The notes: generated by a model not told the origin, from the letters alone. A stretch of 62,142 nucleotides of DNA from an uncultured Clostridia bacterium (GCA_937907305.1 CALERQ010000194.1:1-62142), one strand, 5' to 3'. Shown: positions 28,254 through 38,813, numbered from the stretch's first letter. Translations and numbers: made by a program.

Positions 28254-29162
28254 ATGCTGAATGTGATACTGGAGACCTGTGCCGGGACTCTGACGCAGGG
28301 ACTTATCTACGCCATTTTATCCTATGGCATCTTCATCACCTACAAGATCCTGGATTTCCCCGACCTGACGGTGGACGGCAGCTTTCCGCTGGGAGCGGCT
28401 GTGACCGCCGTGCTGCTGACCCATGGGGTGAACGCCTGGCTGACGCTGCCCATTGCCCTTGTGATCGGGGCGCTGGCGGGGCTTTGCACCGGGCTGATCC
28501 ATGTAAGGGCCAAGGTGCGGGACCTGCTGGCCGGGATCATCACCATGACGGCGCTGTACTCCATCAATTTGCAGATCGCCGGCTCCAACCTGATGGTGGA
28601 GCGGGCCATTGATACCATTTACACCTCCGCCCCGGTGATGGCGCTGCTGGGCAGCGTGCCGCTTTTGTACCGCAAGCTCATTGTTTCGCTGGTGCTGGTG
28701 TTGCTCATCGGGCTGGTGCTGGAGTGGTATTTTTCCACCAAGAACGGCCTGCTGCTGCGGGCGGTGGGCGATAACGACACCTTGGTGACCACCCTGGCCG
28801 TGGATAAGGGCCGCATGAAGATCCTGGGGCTGGTGATCGCCAACGCGCTGGTGGCGCTTTCCGGGTGCATCGTCTGCCAGGAGGGACGCTCCTTCAGCGC
28901 GACGATGGGCACCGGCCAAATGGTATTCGGCCTGGCGGCGGTCATCATCGGCACCACGCTGTTCCGCCGTATGAGCTTTGTGAAGGGGACGGCCGCCGTG
29001 GTCATCGGCAGCATCCTGTATAAGGCCTGCATCCAGATCGCGATCCTGCTGGGGCTGCCCGGCAATATGCTGAAATTTATCACCGCGGCGCTGTTCCTGG
29101 TCATTCTTATCACCGGGAACCTGAGCGGCCGGAAAGGAGGCGCCGACCGTGCTGGAGCTTAA
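28254..29162 (+). CDS. ABC transporter permease (TrpY-type)
   Basis: LDFPDLTVDGSFPLGAAV, LRAVGDN, GLAAVIIG. Confidence 0.9.
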   Translation: MLNVILETCAGTLTQGLIYAILSYGIFITYKILDFPDLTVDGSFPLGAAVTAVLLTHGVNAWLTLPIALVIGALAGLCTGLIHVRAKVRDLLAGIITMTALYSINLQIAGSNLMVERAIDTIYTSAPVMALLGSVPLLYRKLIVSLVLVLLIGLVLEWYFSTKNGLLLRAVGDNDTLVTTLAVDKGRMKILGLVIANALVALSGCIVCQEGRSFSATMGTGQMVFGLAAVIIGTTLFRRMSFVKGTAAVVIGSILYKACIQIAILLGLPGNMLKFITAALFLVILITGNLSGRKGGADRAGA

Positions 29163-29922
29163 AAATATCACCAAAATATATAACCCCGGCGAGATCACCG
29201 AGGCCTGTCTGTTCCGGGACTTTGACCTTTCGGTGGAAGCGGGCGAGTTTGTTTCCATCGTGGGCAGCAACGGCAGCGGCAAGACCTCGCTGCTGAATAT
29301 CATCTGCGGCAGCATTCCCATCCAGGGCGGCGATGTCATCATTGATGGGGAGAGCATGCTGCACAAGAAGGAATTTGTGCGGTACCGCCGCTTTGGCCGG
29401 GTGTACCAGAACCCTGCCCTGGGCACCAGTCCCAATCTGACCATGTTCGAGAATCTCTCGCTGGCGGATAACAAGGGCAAGGCCTACGACCTGAGCCGGG
29501 GCGCGAACCACGCCCGGCGGGAAAGCTACCGGGAGCAGCTGGCCGCCCTGGGGCTGGGGCTGGAGGATAAGATGGATGTTAAGATGGGGGCGCTTTCCGG
29601 CGGGCAGCGGCAGGCCGTGGCCCTGCTGATGGCCACCATGACGCCGATTGATTTTCTCATCCTGGATGAGCACACCGCCGCGCTGGACCCCAAAACGGCG
29701 GATACCATTATGGAACTGACCGACCGGGTGGTGCGGGAAAAGGGGCTGACCGCCATTATGGTGACCCACAACCTGCGCTATGCCGTGGAGTACGGCAGCC
29801 GCCTGCTGATGATGGATAAGGGCCACTTGGTGCTGGATGCCGCCGGGGAGGAGAAAAAGAACATGACCGTGGAGGATATCCTGGACCTGTTTACCAAGAT
29901 CAGTATCGAGTGCGGCAACTGA
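29149..29922 (+). CDS. ABC transporter ATP-binding protein (TrpZ-type)
   Basis: GSNGSGKT, LSGGQRQ, LDEHTAALDP. Confidence 0.92.
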   Translation: MLELKNITKIYNPGEITEACLFRDFDLSVEAGEFVSIVGSNGSGKTSLLNIICGSIPIQGGDVIIDGESMLHKKEFVRYRRFGRVYQNPALGTSPNLTMFENLSLADNKGKAYDLSRGANHARRESYREQLAALGLGLEDKMDVKMGALSGGQRQAVALLMATMTPIDFLILDEHTAALDPKTADTIMELTDRVVREKGLTAIMVTHNLRYAVEYGSRLLMMDKGHLVLDAAGEEKKNMTVEDILDLFTKISIECGN

Positions 29923-30144
29923 TTTCACCGGCAAAAATCAGCGCGGAGAGGGCTTGCCCTGTTTTGCAAAAGAAATGGGAAAAAGTTCGGAGAAATCCGG
30001 ACTTTTTTGCTTTGACAGGGGACGGGGGAGATTGTCTTGCGGACAAAAATCTGCTATACTGATTTTATATTTACATATTGTTCAAGCAATCTTTATCATG
30101 CTGCGGTATGATAAAGGGGAAAAGCACAGCGGGGAGGCGGCGGG

Positions 30145-31008
30145 ATGTTCGGTTATATCAAAACCTGCACGCCGCAGCTGCGCCTGTGCGAATGGGAAGC
30201 CTACCGGGGCATCTACTGCGGGCTGTGCCGCACCCTGGGGCGGCGCTTTGGGCCGCTGGCCCGGCTGACGCTGAGCTATGACTTTACCTTTTATGCTACG
30301 CTGGAGATGGCCCTGCGGGAGGAAGCGCCCGAATTCTGCCGGAGAAGCTGCGGGGTGAACCCGCTGCGGCGCTGCCGGCACTGCGAGGAAAACGAGGCGC
30401 TGGAACGCGCGGCGGATATGGCCATCCTGAGCCTGTGGTACAAGGCGGAGGATACCACTGCCGATGGGGGATTCTTTGGCAGGTGCGGCGGACGGCTGCT
30501 GCGGCTGATGCTGCGGCGGCAGTACCGCCGGGTGGCGGAGGAATATCCTACGGTGGATGCGGTATTTGCCGGGGAGATGGACCGCCAGCGGACGCTGGAG
30601 GCGGCAGGGGATACCAACCTGGACGAGCTGTGCGAGCCGACCGCCAAGATGACGGCGGTGATGCTGAGCCTGCTGAGTGAGGAGCCGGGCGAGCGCCGGG
30701 TGCTGGAACGGCTGGGGTATCTGCTGGGGCGGTACATCTACATGGCGGATGCGCTGGACGACTGGGAAAAAGATAAAAAACACGGGGATTTTAACCCCTT
30801 TTTACAGTGTGAGGATGAACCGGAGGCACTGAAACGCCACGCCAGGGCCAGCCTGCTGCTGACCATCGGGGAGATGGGGGCCGCGCTGGATCTGCTGGAG
30901 CTGAGGCACTTTGGGCCCATACTGGAGAATATCATCCGGCTGGGACTGCCCCAGACGGTGGAAGAACTGCAACTGCCCCCAAAGCAAAGGAGGAAACGAG
31001 AAAAATGA
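30145..31008 (+). CDS. DUF5685-like conserved protein
   Basis: MFGY...[25 protein letters not shown]...D....FNP. Confidence 0.75.
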   Translation: MFGYIKTCTPQLRLCEWEAYRGIYCGLCRTLGRRFGPLARLTLSYDFTFYATLEMALREEAPEFCRRSCGVNPLRRCRHCEENEALERAADMAILSLWYKAEDTTADGGFFGRCGGRLLRLMLRRQYRRVAEEYPTVDAVFAGEMDRQRTLEAAGDTNLDELCEPTAKMTAVMLSLLSEEPGERRVLERLGYLLGRYIYMADALDDWEKDKKHGDFNPFLQCEDEPEALKRHARASLLLTIGEMGAALDLLELRHFGPILENIIRLGLPQTVEELQLPPKQRRKREK

Positions 31009-31631
31009 CAGATCCCTACAAGGTGCTGGGAGTAAGCCCGAACGCGACCGACGATGAGGTGAAGGACGCCTACCGCCGGCTGGCACGGAAATATCACCCG
31101 GATAACTATGTGAATAACCCGCTTTCCGACCTTGCGACCGAGAAGATGAAGGAGATCAACGAGGCATACGATGAGATCCAGCGGCAGCGCAAAAGCGGCG
31201 GCTATGGACAGCAAAGCTACGGCGGGGGATATCAGCAGAGCTATGGCGGCTACCAGCAAAATTACGGCGGGTACCAGCAGAGCTACGGCGGTTCCTCCCA
31301 GTTCGCGGATATCCGCAGGCTCATCAACCTGAACCGGCTGGGCGACGCGGAGGAGCTGCTGGATGGGATCTCCGCCAGTGCCCGCACCGCCGAGTGGAAC
31401 TACCTGAAGGGAATAGTAAACTACCGCAAGGGCTGGCTGGATAACGCGGTGACCTACCTGAACACCGCGTGCACTATGGAACCCAGCAATATGGAGTACC
31501 GTCAGGCGCTGAACCAGCTGACCCAACAGCAGCGTGGCTATGCCCAGGCGGGCGGCACCAGCATGTGTGAGGTGTGCGCTTCGCTGTACTGTGCCAATGC
31601 CTGCTGCCAATGCATGGGAGGTGGCTGCTGA
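31005..31631 (+). CDS. J-domain protein with TPR-like region and Cys-rich tail
   Basis: DPYKVLGV...KYHPD, GGYQQSY repeats, C-terminal CEVC...CANACCQC. Confidence 0.88.
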   Translation: MTDPYKVLGVSPNATDDEVKDAYRRLARKYHPDNYVNNPLSDLATEKMKEINEAYDEIQRQRKSGGYGQQSYGGGYQQSYGGYQQNYGGYQQSYGGSSQFADIRRLINLNRLGDAEELLDGISASARTAEWNYLKGIVNYRKGWLDNAVTYLNTACTMEPSNMEYRQALNQLTQQQRGYAQAGGTSMCEVCASLYCANACCQCMGGGC

Positions 31632-32173
31632 TGCAGAAAAAGAGTGGACAGGTGGCGCTGGGCGGCATTGCCACCGGCATGTGCATCGCGCTGATGTTTG
31701 CCACGGGGATGATCCCTTTTTCCTACTACGCGCTGCCGGCGCTGGCCGGGCTGGTGCTGATTGCCGTGCGGGAAGAAAACGGGCTTTCCACGGCGCTGAT
31801 CGTCTTTGCGGCGGTTTCGCTGCTTTCGGTCTTTGTGGTGCCCATCAAGGAAGCGGCGCTGCTGTTTATCGCGTTTTTCGGGTACTACCCCATCCTGCGG
31901 GAGACCTTTGCCAAGATTCGTCCCAAGACGCTGAGCTGGGTGGTGCGTTTTGTGATCTTTAACGCGGCGGTGGTGGCTGCCTACTGGGTCATCGTCAATG
32001 TATTCGGCATCACCGAGATTCTGGAGGAATTCGGGGACTTCGGCAAATATTCGGTGCTGGTGCTGCTGGCCTTTGCCAATGTGTTTTTTGTCATTTACGA
32101 TGGCGCGGTGAAGAACATCACCCTGGCCTACCGCAACTGGTTCAGGCCGAAAATCCTGAAAAAAGTGCGCTGA
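31631..32173 (+). CDS. Conserved membrane protein
   Basis: TGATG overlap, five hydrophobic segments, FFGYYP. Confidence 0.75.
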   Translation: MQKKSGQVALGGIATGMCIALMFATGMIPFSYYALPALAGLVLIAVREENGLSTALIVFAAVSLLSVFVVPIKEAALLFIAFFGYYPILRETFAKIRPKTLSWVVRFVIFNAAVVAAYWVIVNVFGITEILEEFGDFGKYSVLVLLAFANVFFVIYDGAVKNITLAYRNWFRPKILKKVR

Positions 32174-32249
32174 AAAGGCGAAAACCGGCGGTTCTTCGGC
32201 AGAGGGGCCGCCGATATTGCTATCCGGAGTAAGCACAGGGGAGAGGGGG

Positions 32250-32328
32250 CGCCCGCAGGGCAGCCCGACGAAGTCGGGCTCGGCGGCTTTGCCGCCGGTT
32301 TCGGCGCAGCCGAAACGCCCTGCGGGCG
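32250..32328. repeat. Four-way-junction/GNA-triloop element 1
   Basis: Outer stem CGCCCGCAGGGC/GCCCTGCGGGCG encloses three perfect hairpins (loops GAA, TTT, GCA) with no unpaired junction bases. Confidence 0.8.
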
Positions 32329-32458
32329 ACTGCCCCGGCAAAAATACCGGACAAGGGGCAGTAATGCCGGCGGCATCTTGCGGGGAGGCACCGCAATATG
32401 ATATAATGAAGCTGCCGAAGGCGAGTAAGACCCAAGGCGAGAGAAAGGAGCGCTGCCG

Positions 32459-32932
32459 ATGAATGGGATCCAAGTTTTTCTGGCGGCCTATGCCCAGCCG
32501 CTCATTTGGCTGGCTGTGGCGCTGGTCATGCTCATCATAGAAGCCGCCACGGTGCAGATGGTGAGTATCTGGTTCTGCCTGGGGGCGGTGGCCGCGGCCA
32601 TCGCGGCGATCCTGGGTGGTTCCATCCCGGTGCAGATCGTTGTATTTGTGGTGATCTCCGGGGTGGCGCTGGCCTTTACCCGCAAGTTTGTAAAAAAGGT
32701 GCTGCGGGTGAAAAAGACCCCTACCAATGCCGACAGCGTCATCGGCGCCATCGGGCAGGTGGTAGAACCCATCGACGATGAGGCCGGGACCGGACGCATC
32801 AAGGTGGAGGGCATGGACTGGAGCGCCCGCACCACCGATGGCAGCAAGCTGCCGGAGGGCGCCAAAGTAAAGGTAAGATCTATCGTAGGTGTTAAACTGA
32901 TGGTGACCGCCATCAGAGAAAAGGAGGACTAA
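32459..32932 (+). CDS. NfeD-family protein
   Basis: TM N-terminus, IG..G.V...I.....GRIKV.G.DWSAR OB-fold; precedes SPFH gene. Confidence 0.88.
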   Translation: MNGIQVFLAAYAQPLIWLAVALVMLIIEAATVQMVSIWFCLGAVAAAIAAILGGSIPVQIVVFVVISGVALAFTRKFVKKVLRVKKTPTNADSVIGAIGQVVEPIDDEAGTGRIKVEGMDWSARTTDGSKLPEGAKVKVRSIVGVKLMVTAIREKED

Positions 32933-32937
32933 TTTAT

Positions 32938-33852
32938 ATGCCGATCATTATTATTCTGCTCGTGCTCATCATTATCCTGCTGGTTACCAACATCCGCGTG
33001 GTTCCGCAGGCGACCGAGTTCGTTATTGAGCGCCTGGGTACCTACTACACCACCTGGGAGACCGGCCTGCACTTTAAGGTGCCGCTGGTGGACCGTGTGG
33101 CCAAGCGCATCTCCCTGAAGGAACAGGTGATGGATTTTGCGCCCCAGCCGGTTATCACCAAGGATAATGTCACCATGCAGATCGATACCATTGTATTCTA
33201 CCAGGTGACTGATGCCAAGCTGTATACCTACGGCGTGGAGCGGCCCATTCTGGCCATCGAGAGCCTGACCGCCACCACCCTGCGTAATATCATCGGCGAT
33301 ATGGAGCTGGACCACACCCTGACCTCCCGCGATGTTATCAACAGCCGCATCACCGCCGCGCTGGACCAGGCCACCGATAAGTGGGGCATCAAGGTAAACC
33401 GTGTGGAGCTGAAGAATATCGTGCCGCCGCGTGATATTCAGGACGCCATGGAGAAGCAGATGCGTGCCGAGCGTGAGCGCCGTGAGGCGATCCTGCGTGC
33501 CGAGGGTGAAAAGCGCAGCCAGATCCTGATTGCCGAAGGTAAGAAGGAAAGCCAGATCCTGAACGCCGAGGCCGAAAAGCAGGCGGCCATCCTGCTGGCG
33601 GAAGCCGAGAAGGAAAAGAAGATCCGTGAGGGCCAGGGCGAAGCCGAGTCCATCATGCTGGTGCAGAAGGCGCAGGCCGATGCCATCCGCCTGCTGAACG
33701 AGGCCTGCCCCAGCAAGGAAGTGCTGCAGCTGAAGGCCTACGAGAGCTTTATGAAGGCGGCCGACGGCCAGGCGACCAAGATCATCATTCCCAGCGAGAT
33801 CCAGGGCATGGCGGGTCTGGCGGCCTCCGTCAAGGAACTTGTCAAGGAATAA
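32938..33852 (+). CDS. SPFH/stomatin (band 7) protein
   Basis: VIERLG, VITKDNV, TTLRNIIG, AMEKQMRAERERR. Confidence 0.93.
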   Translation: MPIIIILLVLIIILLVTNIRVVPQATEFVIERLGTYYTTWETGLHFKVPLVDRVAKRISLKEQVMDFAPQPVITKDNVTMQIDTIVFYQVTDAKLYTYGVERPILAIESLTATTLRNIIGDMELDHTLTSRDVINSRITAALDQATDKWGIKVNRVELKNIVPPRDIQDAMEKQMRAERERREAILRAEGEKRSQILIAEGKKESQILNAEAEKQAAILLAEAEKEKKIREGQGEAESIMLVQKAQADAIRLLNEACPSKEVLQLKAYESFMKAADGQATKIIIPSEIQGMAGLAASVKELVKE

Positions 33853-33866
33853 GCCAAAATTTTAGT

Positions 33867-33902
33867 AAAAGCGCTGTCCCCTATGGGATGGCGCTTTTTT
33901 TC
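33867..33902 (+). terminator. Intrinsic terminator
   Basis: AAAAGCGCTGTCCC/GGGATGGCGCTTTTTT. Confidence 0.75.
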
Positions 33903-34004
33903 GGCTTGTGCTATAATGGAGACGGAGATCCCCGTCCGGGGTAGAGGCGGGGGAGGTGCCGGGCCACGCTTCCGGCCGGCACCCAAATAGAGGAGGACGC
34001 AAAA

Positions 34005-34592
34005 ATGGCAAAGCTGTACTTCAAATATGGGGCAATGGGCAGCTCCAAATCGGCCCAGGCACTCATCACCAAGTTCAATTATGAGGAGCTGGGCATGACC
34101 GTCTGGCTTATCAAGCCCTCGGTGGATACCCGGGACGGCGCCGATATCATCAAATCCCGCATCGGTCTGGCCAAAAAGGCGGATATCATCCTGCCGGAGG
34201 ATAACATCATCGAAAAATTCGACCAGCACCCCGGCATGGATGTCATCATTGCCGATGAGTGCCAGTTTTTCACGCCGGAGCAGATCGACCAGCTGCGGGC
34301 GCTGGTGGATGAGCGGGATATGCCGGTCATCTGCTTTGGCCTGCGCACCGACTTTTTGACCCACCTGTTCCCGGGCAGCCGCCGCCTTTTTGAGGTTGCG
34401 GATTCCCTGACCGAGATAAAGACCGTGTGCGCCTGTGGGCACAAGGCGACCGTCAATGCCCGTATAGTGGATGGCAAGGTGGCCACCGAGGGTGAGCAGG
34501 TTTTCCTGGGCGGCAATGAAAGCTATGTGGCCATGTGCTACAAGTGCTGGCAGGAGAAAATAAAAAAACAGCGGGAGGAGGATAATCAATGA
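34005..34592 (+). CDS. tdk: Thymidine kinase
   Basis: YGAMGSSKS, DECQF, FGLRTDF, C.CG.KA..NAR, GGNESY. Confidence 0.95.
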   Translation: MAKLYFKYGAMGSSKSAQALITKFNYEELGMTVWLIKPSVDTRDGADIIKSRIGLAKKADIILPEDNIIEKFDQHPGMDVIIADECQFFTPEQIDQLRALVDERDMPVICFGLRTDFLTHLFPGSRRLFEVADSLTEIKTVCACGHKATVNARIVDGKVATEGEQVFLGGNESYVAMCYKCWQEKIKKQREEDNQ

Positions 34593-34768
34593 GCGATAAC
34601 CTGAGATTGACGCTGGGCGGCATTGTGCTGATGCTGGCGGGGTTGTTTCTGCTGGGCATCTGTGTTTTAAGCGGCGGAAATGGCTTCTACCCCGATATCG
34701 CGGCCGCTATCTGCGGCGCCGCCGGGCTGGTATTGGCGGTGGTCGGCATTTTTCGGGGGGAGAAATAA
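34589..34768 (+). CDS. 59-aa two-TM small protein (not in ORF track)
   Basis: GGAGGAGG RBS, ATGA overlap with tdk stop, fills the tdk-ybaK gap. Confidence 0.75.
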   Translation: MSDNLRLTLGGIVLMLAGLFLLGICVLSGGNGFYPDIAAAICGAAGLVLAVVGIFRGEK

Positions 34769-34773
34769 ACACC

Positions 34774-35256
34774 ATGGCGAAGGATAAAAGCGATAAAACC
34801 AATGTAATGCGCCTGCTGGAGCAGAAAAAGCTGCCCTACACCCCGCATGATTACCTGGCCACCGGCGCGGTAAGCGGGGTGGAGGTGGCGGCGGCACTGG
34901 GCGAGCCGCCCGAGCGGGTCTTTAAGACGCTGGTGACCACCGGCGCCTCCGGCGGACACTTTGTGTTCGTCATTCCCGTGGCGGAGGAGCTGGACCTGAA
35001 GAAGGCCGCCAAAGCGGTGGGCGAAAAGAGCATCGCCATGCTGCCGCAGAAGGAGCTGCTGCCCCTTACCGGCTATATCCACGGCGGGTGCAGCCCCATC
35101 GGTATGAAAAAGCCGTTCCCCACTGTACTGCATGAGAGCGCGGCGAATTGCGACACCATCTGCGTCAGCGCCGGCAAGGTCGGCTTTCAGGTGGAGCTTT
35201 CCCCCGCCGACCTGCAAAAGATGCTGCCGATGAAGCTCTGCGATGTGATAAAATAA
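34774..35256 (+). CDS. ybaK: Cys-tRNA(Pro) deacylase
   Basis: KTNVMRLL, VFKTLV, TGYIHGGCSPIGMKK, SAGKVG. Confidence 0.93.
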   Translation: MAKDKSDKTNVMRLLEQKKLPYTPHDYLATGAVSGVEVAAALGEPPERVFKTLVTTGASGGHFVFVIPVAEELDLKKAAKAVGEKSIAMLPQKELLPLTGYIHGGCSPIGMKKPFPTVLHESAANCDTICVSAGKVGFQVELSPADLQKMLPMKLCDVIK

Positions 35257-35259
35257 GCG

Positions 35260-35296
35260 CAAAAACGCCCGCCATATGGCGGGCGCGTTTTGTTTT
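35260..35296. terminator. Bidirectional terminator
   Basis: AAAAACGCCCGCC...GGCGGGCGCGTTTT. Confidence 0.75.
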
Positions 35297-36038
35297 AGCT
35301 GGCGGGGGTGAATTCGCAGGAGAGATACCGCAGCTGCAAGCCCAGCAGCGGACTTTCCCATTCCTCCCACTCCAGTGTGCTGGTGCCGATCAGGAAATCG
35401 GTGGGGAGAATGCTGCCGTGCATCAACCGATTGCAGCAGTCCTCATAGGATTCATCTGGATCGCCGCCCTGCCCATAGCCGTTGCCGTAGACGGAGAAAA
35501 CCCCCTTGTAGTGGTTTTCCCCCAACTGTTCCAGATGGGTCAGTACCATAAAGTTGGGGATGTTGCCGCCCCAGCCGGTAGATTCCACATTCCCAGCCTG
35601 CGTCAGGGTGGTTTTGCTGGTTTCATACTGGGTGATGGGCTCGCCCAGGTATTCCATGGCGGCCCGGTCATATTCCGCCTTGGGGTAGGAGTAGGTCACT
35701 TCTTTTCCAGCGGCCCGTTCCTCGGCGGCCAGCTTTACCAGCACATAGGCGGCCCGGCTATCGGCGGCTTCCTTTTGGTCGGCGGCGGGATACAGCAAAA
35801 AGATATCGGCGTTATTATAGGAATTCTGGAAATACTCAAAATACTTCTGCACATCGGGGTCGATGGGGGTATTGTCCGGCTCGATGACGGGGTCCGGTTC
35901 CGTCACAGGATCGGGCTGGGTGGTGATAGGGTCGGGGTCGGGCGTCGGCTCCGGGACGGGGGTGGGCTGGCTGCCGCAGGCGGTCAGCAGCAGGGCAAGG
36001 CACAGGGTCAGTGTCAGGATCCAGGTCAGCTTTTTCAT
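35295..36038 (-). CDS. Hypothetical lipoprotein with Pro/Thr/Asp-rich linker
   Basis: MKK-hydrophobic-LTAC lipobox, GGAGG RBS. Confidence 0.8.
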   Translation of the reverse strand: MKKLTWILTLTLCLALLLTACGSQPTPVPEPTPDPDPITTQPDPVTEPDPVIEPDNTPIDPDVQKYFEYFQNSYNNADIFLLYPAADQKEAADSRAAYVLVKLAAEERAAGKEVTYSYPKAEYDRAAMEYLGEPITQYETSKTTLTQAGNVESTGWGGNIPNFMVLTHLEQLGENHYKGVFSVYGNGYGQGGDPDESYEDCCNRLMHGSILPTDFLIGTSTLEWEEWESPLLGLQLRYLSCEFTPAS

Positions 36039-36276
36039 GTGGTTTCCTCCCGTTGGTGACATTGGTGTTAGGCTTACACTATATATAACGAACGAGCGCC
36101 GCAAAATGCAACACGCTTTTGCAAAAAAACTGCGGCAAGGAAGATCTTTCCTTTGTTTCATTATACATAAGGGGGGGTGAAAGTCAAGCGCGGCCCCATA
36201 AGCGGGACAGAACGCAAAAACACCCCGCCGCAGGGGCAGGGGCAGGGTGTTCGTGTGCTTTTAACCGCAGGCAGCC

Positions 36277-36537
36277 TTAGTCGGTGACATAGGGCAGCAG
36301 GGCCAGATGACGGGCACGCTTGATCGCGGTGGTCAGCTGACGCTGATGGCGGGCGCAGGTACCGGTCACGCGGCGGGGAACGATCTTTCCACGCTCGGAC
36401 AGGTAGCGGCGCAGACGCTGGGTGTCTTTATAGTCGATCATCTCGATCTTATCGGCACAGAAAGCACAAACCTTTCTGCGGGGACGACGGTCGCGGTTCA
36501 TGGGTCTCTCGGGTCTTTCGGTACGCTCCATAGCCAT
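36277..36537 (-). CDS. rpsR: 30S ribosomal protein S18
   Basis: [31 protein letters not shown]. Confidence 0.97.
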   Translation of the reverse strand: MAMERTERPERPMNRDRRPRRKVCAFCADKIEMIDYKDTQRLRRYLSERGKIVPRRVTGTCARHQRQLTTAIKRARHLALLPYVTD

Positions 36538-36582
36538 GGTTCAAACCTCCTTATTAGAATGATGAAACAGTTTTCGTTGGGA

Positions 36583-37086
36583 TCAGAAGGGCAGGTCGTT
36601 ATCGCTTTCCACTTCCTCAAAGTCGCTGGCAGCACCGCTGGTATAGGCAGGCTGCGCGGGAGCGGGGGCGGCGTAGCTGTTATCGCCATAGCTGTTATTG
36701 CCATAGCTGTTATTGCCATAGCTGTTATTGCCATAGCTGCCGCCATTGCCGGAACCGGCATTGCTGGAGCGTGCGCCGGTAAAGAATACATTATCGGTCA
36801 CGATCTCGGTGGCGGTGCGCTTGTTGCCGTTTTTGTCCTCGTAGTTGCGGGTCTGGATAGAGCCCTCAATGCCGATGACATCGCCCTTGTGGAAGTAGCG
36901 GCAGACGAATTCTGCCTGCTGACGCCAGGAAGTGATGTTGATAAAGTCAGTCTTGCGCTCGCTGTCCCGGCCGGAAAAACGGCGGTCCACAGCGATGCTG
37001 AAGCTGCATACAGAGATCCCGCTCTGGGTCTGTTTCAGCTCCGGGTCTGCGGTCAGGCGACCGATGAGAATGGCTTTGTTAAACAT
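36583..37086 (-). CDS. ssb: Single-stranded DNA-binding protein
   Basis: NKAILIGRLTADPEL, C-terminal DLPF; YGNNS repeats in linker. Confidence 0.97.
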   Translation of the reverse strand: MFNKAILIGRLTADPELKQTQSGISVCSFSIAVDRRFSGRDSERKTDFINITSWRQQAEFVCRYFHKGDVIGIEGSIQTRNYEDKNGNKRTATEIVTDNVFFTGARSSNAGSGNGGSYGNNSYGNNSYGNNSYGDNSYAAPAPAQPAYTSGAASDFEEVESDNDLPF

Positions 37087-37098
37087 TACATCATCTCC

Positions 37099-37395
37099 TT
37101 AGTTCTCTTTTGCAATGATGAGAGAACGGATCACGCCTTCAGTGATCTTGTAGATACGATCCAGCTCGGCAGGGAACTCGTGGGGAGCAGTGAAGTTGAC
37201 GAGAACATAGTAGCCTTCCTGCTCGTAGTCGATTTCGTAAGCCAGTCTGCGCTTGCCCCACTCATCGATGGAATCGATGGTGCCGTTGGCAGCGATCAGA
37301 TCGGTAAACTTCTTCACCAACTCGGCGGTGGCTTCCTCGGTCAGCTTGTTGCTCAGTACGAATACTGTCTCATAGCTCTTGGTCAGGTTTGCCAT
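37099..37395 (-). CDS. rpsF: 30S ribosomal protein S6
   Basis: YETVFVL, EWGKRRLAYEI, GYYVL. Confidence 0.97.
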   Translation of the reverse strand: MANLTKSYETVFVLSNKLTEEATAELVKKFTDLIAANGTIDSIDEWGKRRLAYEIDYEQEGYYVLVNFTAPHEFPAELDRIYKITEGVIRSLIIAKEN

Positions 37396-37401
37396 ACTTT
37401 A

Positions 37402-37455
37402 CACCTCCTTATGGACTTTCGCCCCCCACACAGGGCAGGGGGAAGGAGTCATGCC
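37402..37455 (-). promoter_or_regulatory. Putative S6:S18 autoregulatory leader hairpin
   Basis: ACTCCTT pairs with AAGGAGG SD of rpsF; promoter TTGACT-17-TATAAT at 37508-37480. Confidence 0.55.
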
Positions 37456-37547
37456 ATGAAAATTTAGCACAACATAGGAATTATACCAATAAAAAAACCG
37501 CAAGTCAACACCCCGGACCTGCGGTTTTTGCTTTATTTTCGTACTTT

Positions 37548-38552
37548 TTACAGCATAAAGAGGGAAGTGACGATGGAAGAGACCGAAAGCAGCCCGATGA
37601 CGATGAGAAATACCAGCAGCCAGCTGGTGCCGCCCATGCGGGAAAGGTTCTGGTAATACTGCTGGGTGCCGGCCGCCGCGTGGCCGCGGTAGCGCTGGAT
37701 GCGGACCTGCTGGGTGATCTTCTTGAGGTAGAAATAATTGAAGAACAGGGAGCACAGCACACTGAGCACCAGCCCGCCGTACTGCACGATGGCGGAGGTG
37801 GAAACCAGCGCCTGATAGTAGGGGGAAAGGGTATTGATGTGCATAAACTCACTGAGGGTGGTGGCCCCCGCGGCCATCAGTTCCTGGAAGTAGGGGATAT
37901 AATTGATGGCAAAGGGGATATAGCAGGCGGCCTTTATGGCCAGCAGGATGCCGCCCAGGGCATACATCTTGCGGTAGAAGCAGTACAGCCCGGTGAACAG
38001 GAACGCCCCCAGGTTAAAGCTCACAGCGGTCTTGCGCTGCAGCATCGCCCGGAATTTGTATAGGAAGTTCAGGGCATTGGGCCCCACATAGGCGGCCACC
38101 TCCCGGGCGGTCAGCTCATCGCCCAGCTTTTCATTGGGGTTTACATTGTACTGGTCGCGCACATATTCCGCAAAGGTCCCGCCGTCCTCGGTCTCGCGGT
38201 CCCCAGCCGGGATGCGCTCGCCGGTCTCCTTCAGCGGGTAACCGCACAGGTCGCAGCGCTCCTGCCCGGCAGGGTTCACGGTGCCGCAGCGGCTGCACAT
38301 CACATAGCCTTCGCCGTCTGTACTGTTCTGGGGTGCATGCGGCTGCTCCTCCAGCGGAACGGAAGGCCCCGGGGCGGCCTTGGGCGGCTGCCACACATAG
38401 CCTTCGGTATGGCGGGCCTCATTGACACAGTGGCCCAGTTCTTTATAGCAGGCGCGGTGGTAGGGCGTGCCGCACTCCGGGCAGACGACCACATCGTCTT
38501 CCGCGGTAAATTTTTTGCCGCAGGCCGCGCAGGGGATACCGATGTATTTCAC
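37548..38552 (-). CDS. Zinc-finger (RING-like + ribbon) membrane protein with DUF2628-like domain
   Basis: CAAC...CPECGTPYHRACY, CSRCG...CDLCG, FNLGAFLF...YRKMY; AGGAGG before GTG. Confidence 0.8.
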   Translation of the reverse strand: MKYIGIPCAACGKKFTAEDDVVVCPECGTPYHRACYKELGHCVNEARHTEGYVWQPPKAAPGPSVPLEEQPHAPQNSTDGEGYVMCSRCGTVNPAGQERCDLCGYPLKETGERIPAGDRETEDGGTFAEYVRDQYNVNPNEKLGDELTAREVAAYVGPNALNFLYKFRAMLQRKTAVSFNLGAFLFTGLYCFYRKMYALGGILLAIKAACYIPFAINYIPYFQELMAAGATTLSEFMHINTLSPYYQALVSTSAIVQYGGLVLSVLCSLFFNYFYLKKITQQVRIQRYRGHAAAGTQQYYQNLSRMGGTSWLLVFLIVIGLLSVSSIVTSLFML

Positions 38553-38813
38553 AAAAAATTTCCTCCTTGTCGGAACTCTACCGAATATTATAGTATACCC
38601 CCGGGGGCAATTCAATGGACTTTCGGTGAACAAATCGTATTTTTAATGCTTTTTTTGGCAAATTTCCGGGAATCATTTTACAAGAGCCCATAAATATGAT
38701 AAAATAAATCGGATAATGAATAAGTGCAACATAAAATACGGGGAGTAAACAAGATGTAGATATAATACGAATTGTAATAACATAAGACTATATACAGGAA
38801 AGGTTAAAAGATT

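Noticed and set aside
36675..36740. 15-bp tandem repeat in ssb
   Set aside because: Ordinary Gly/Asn-rich disordered SSB linker.
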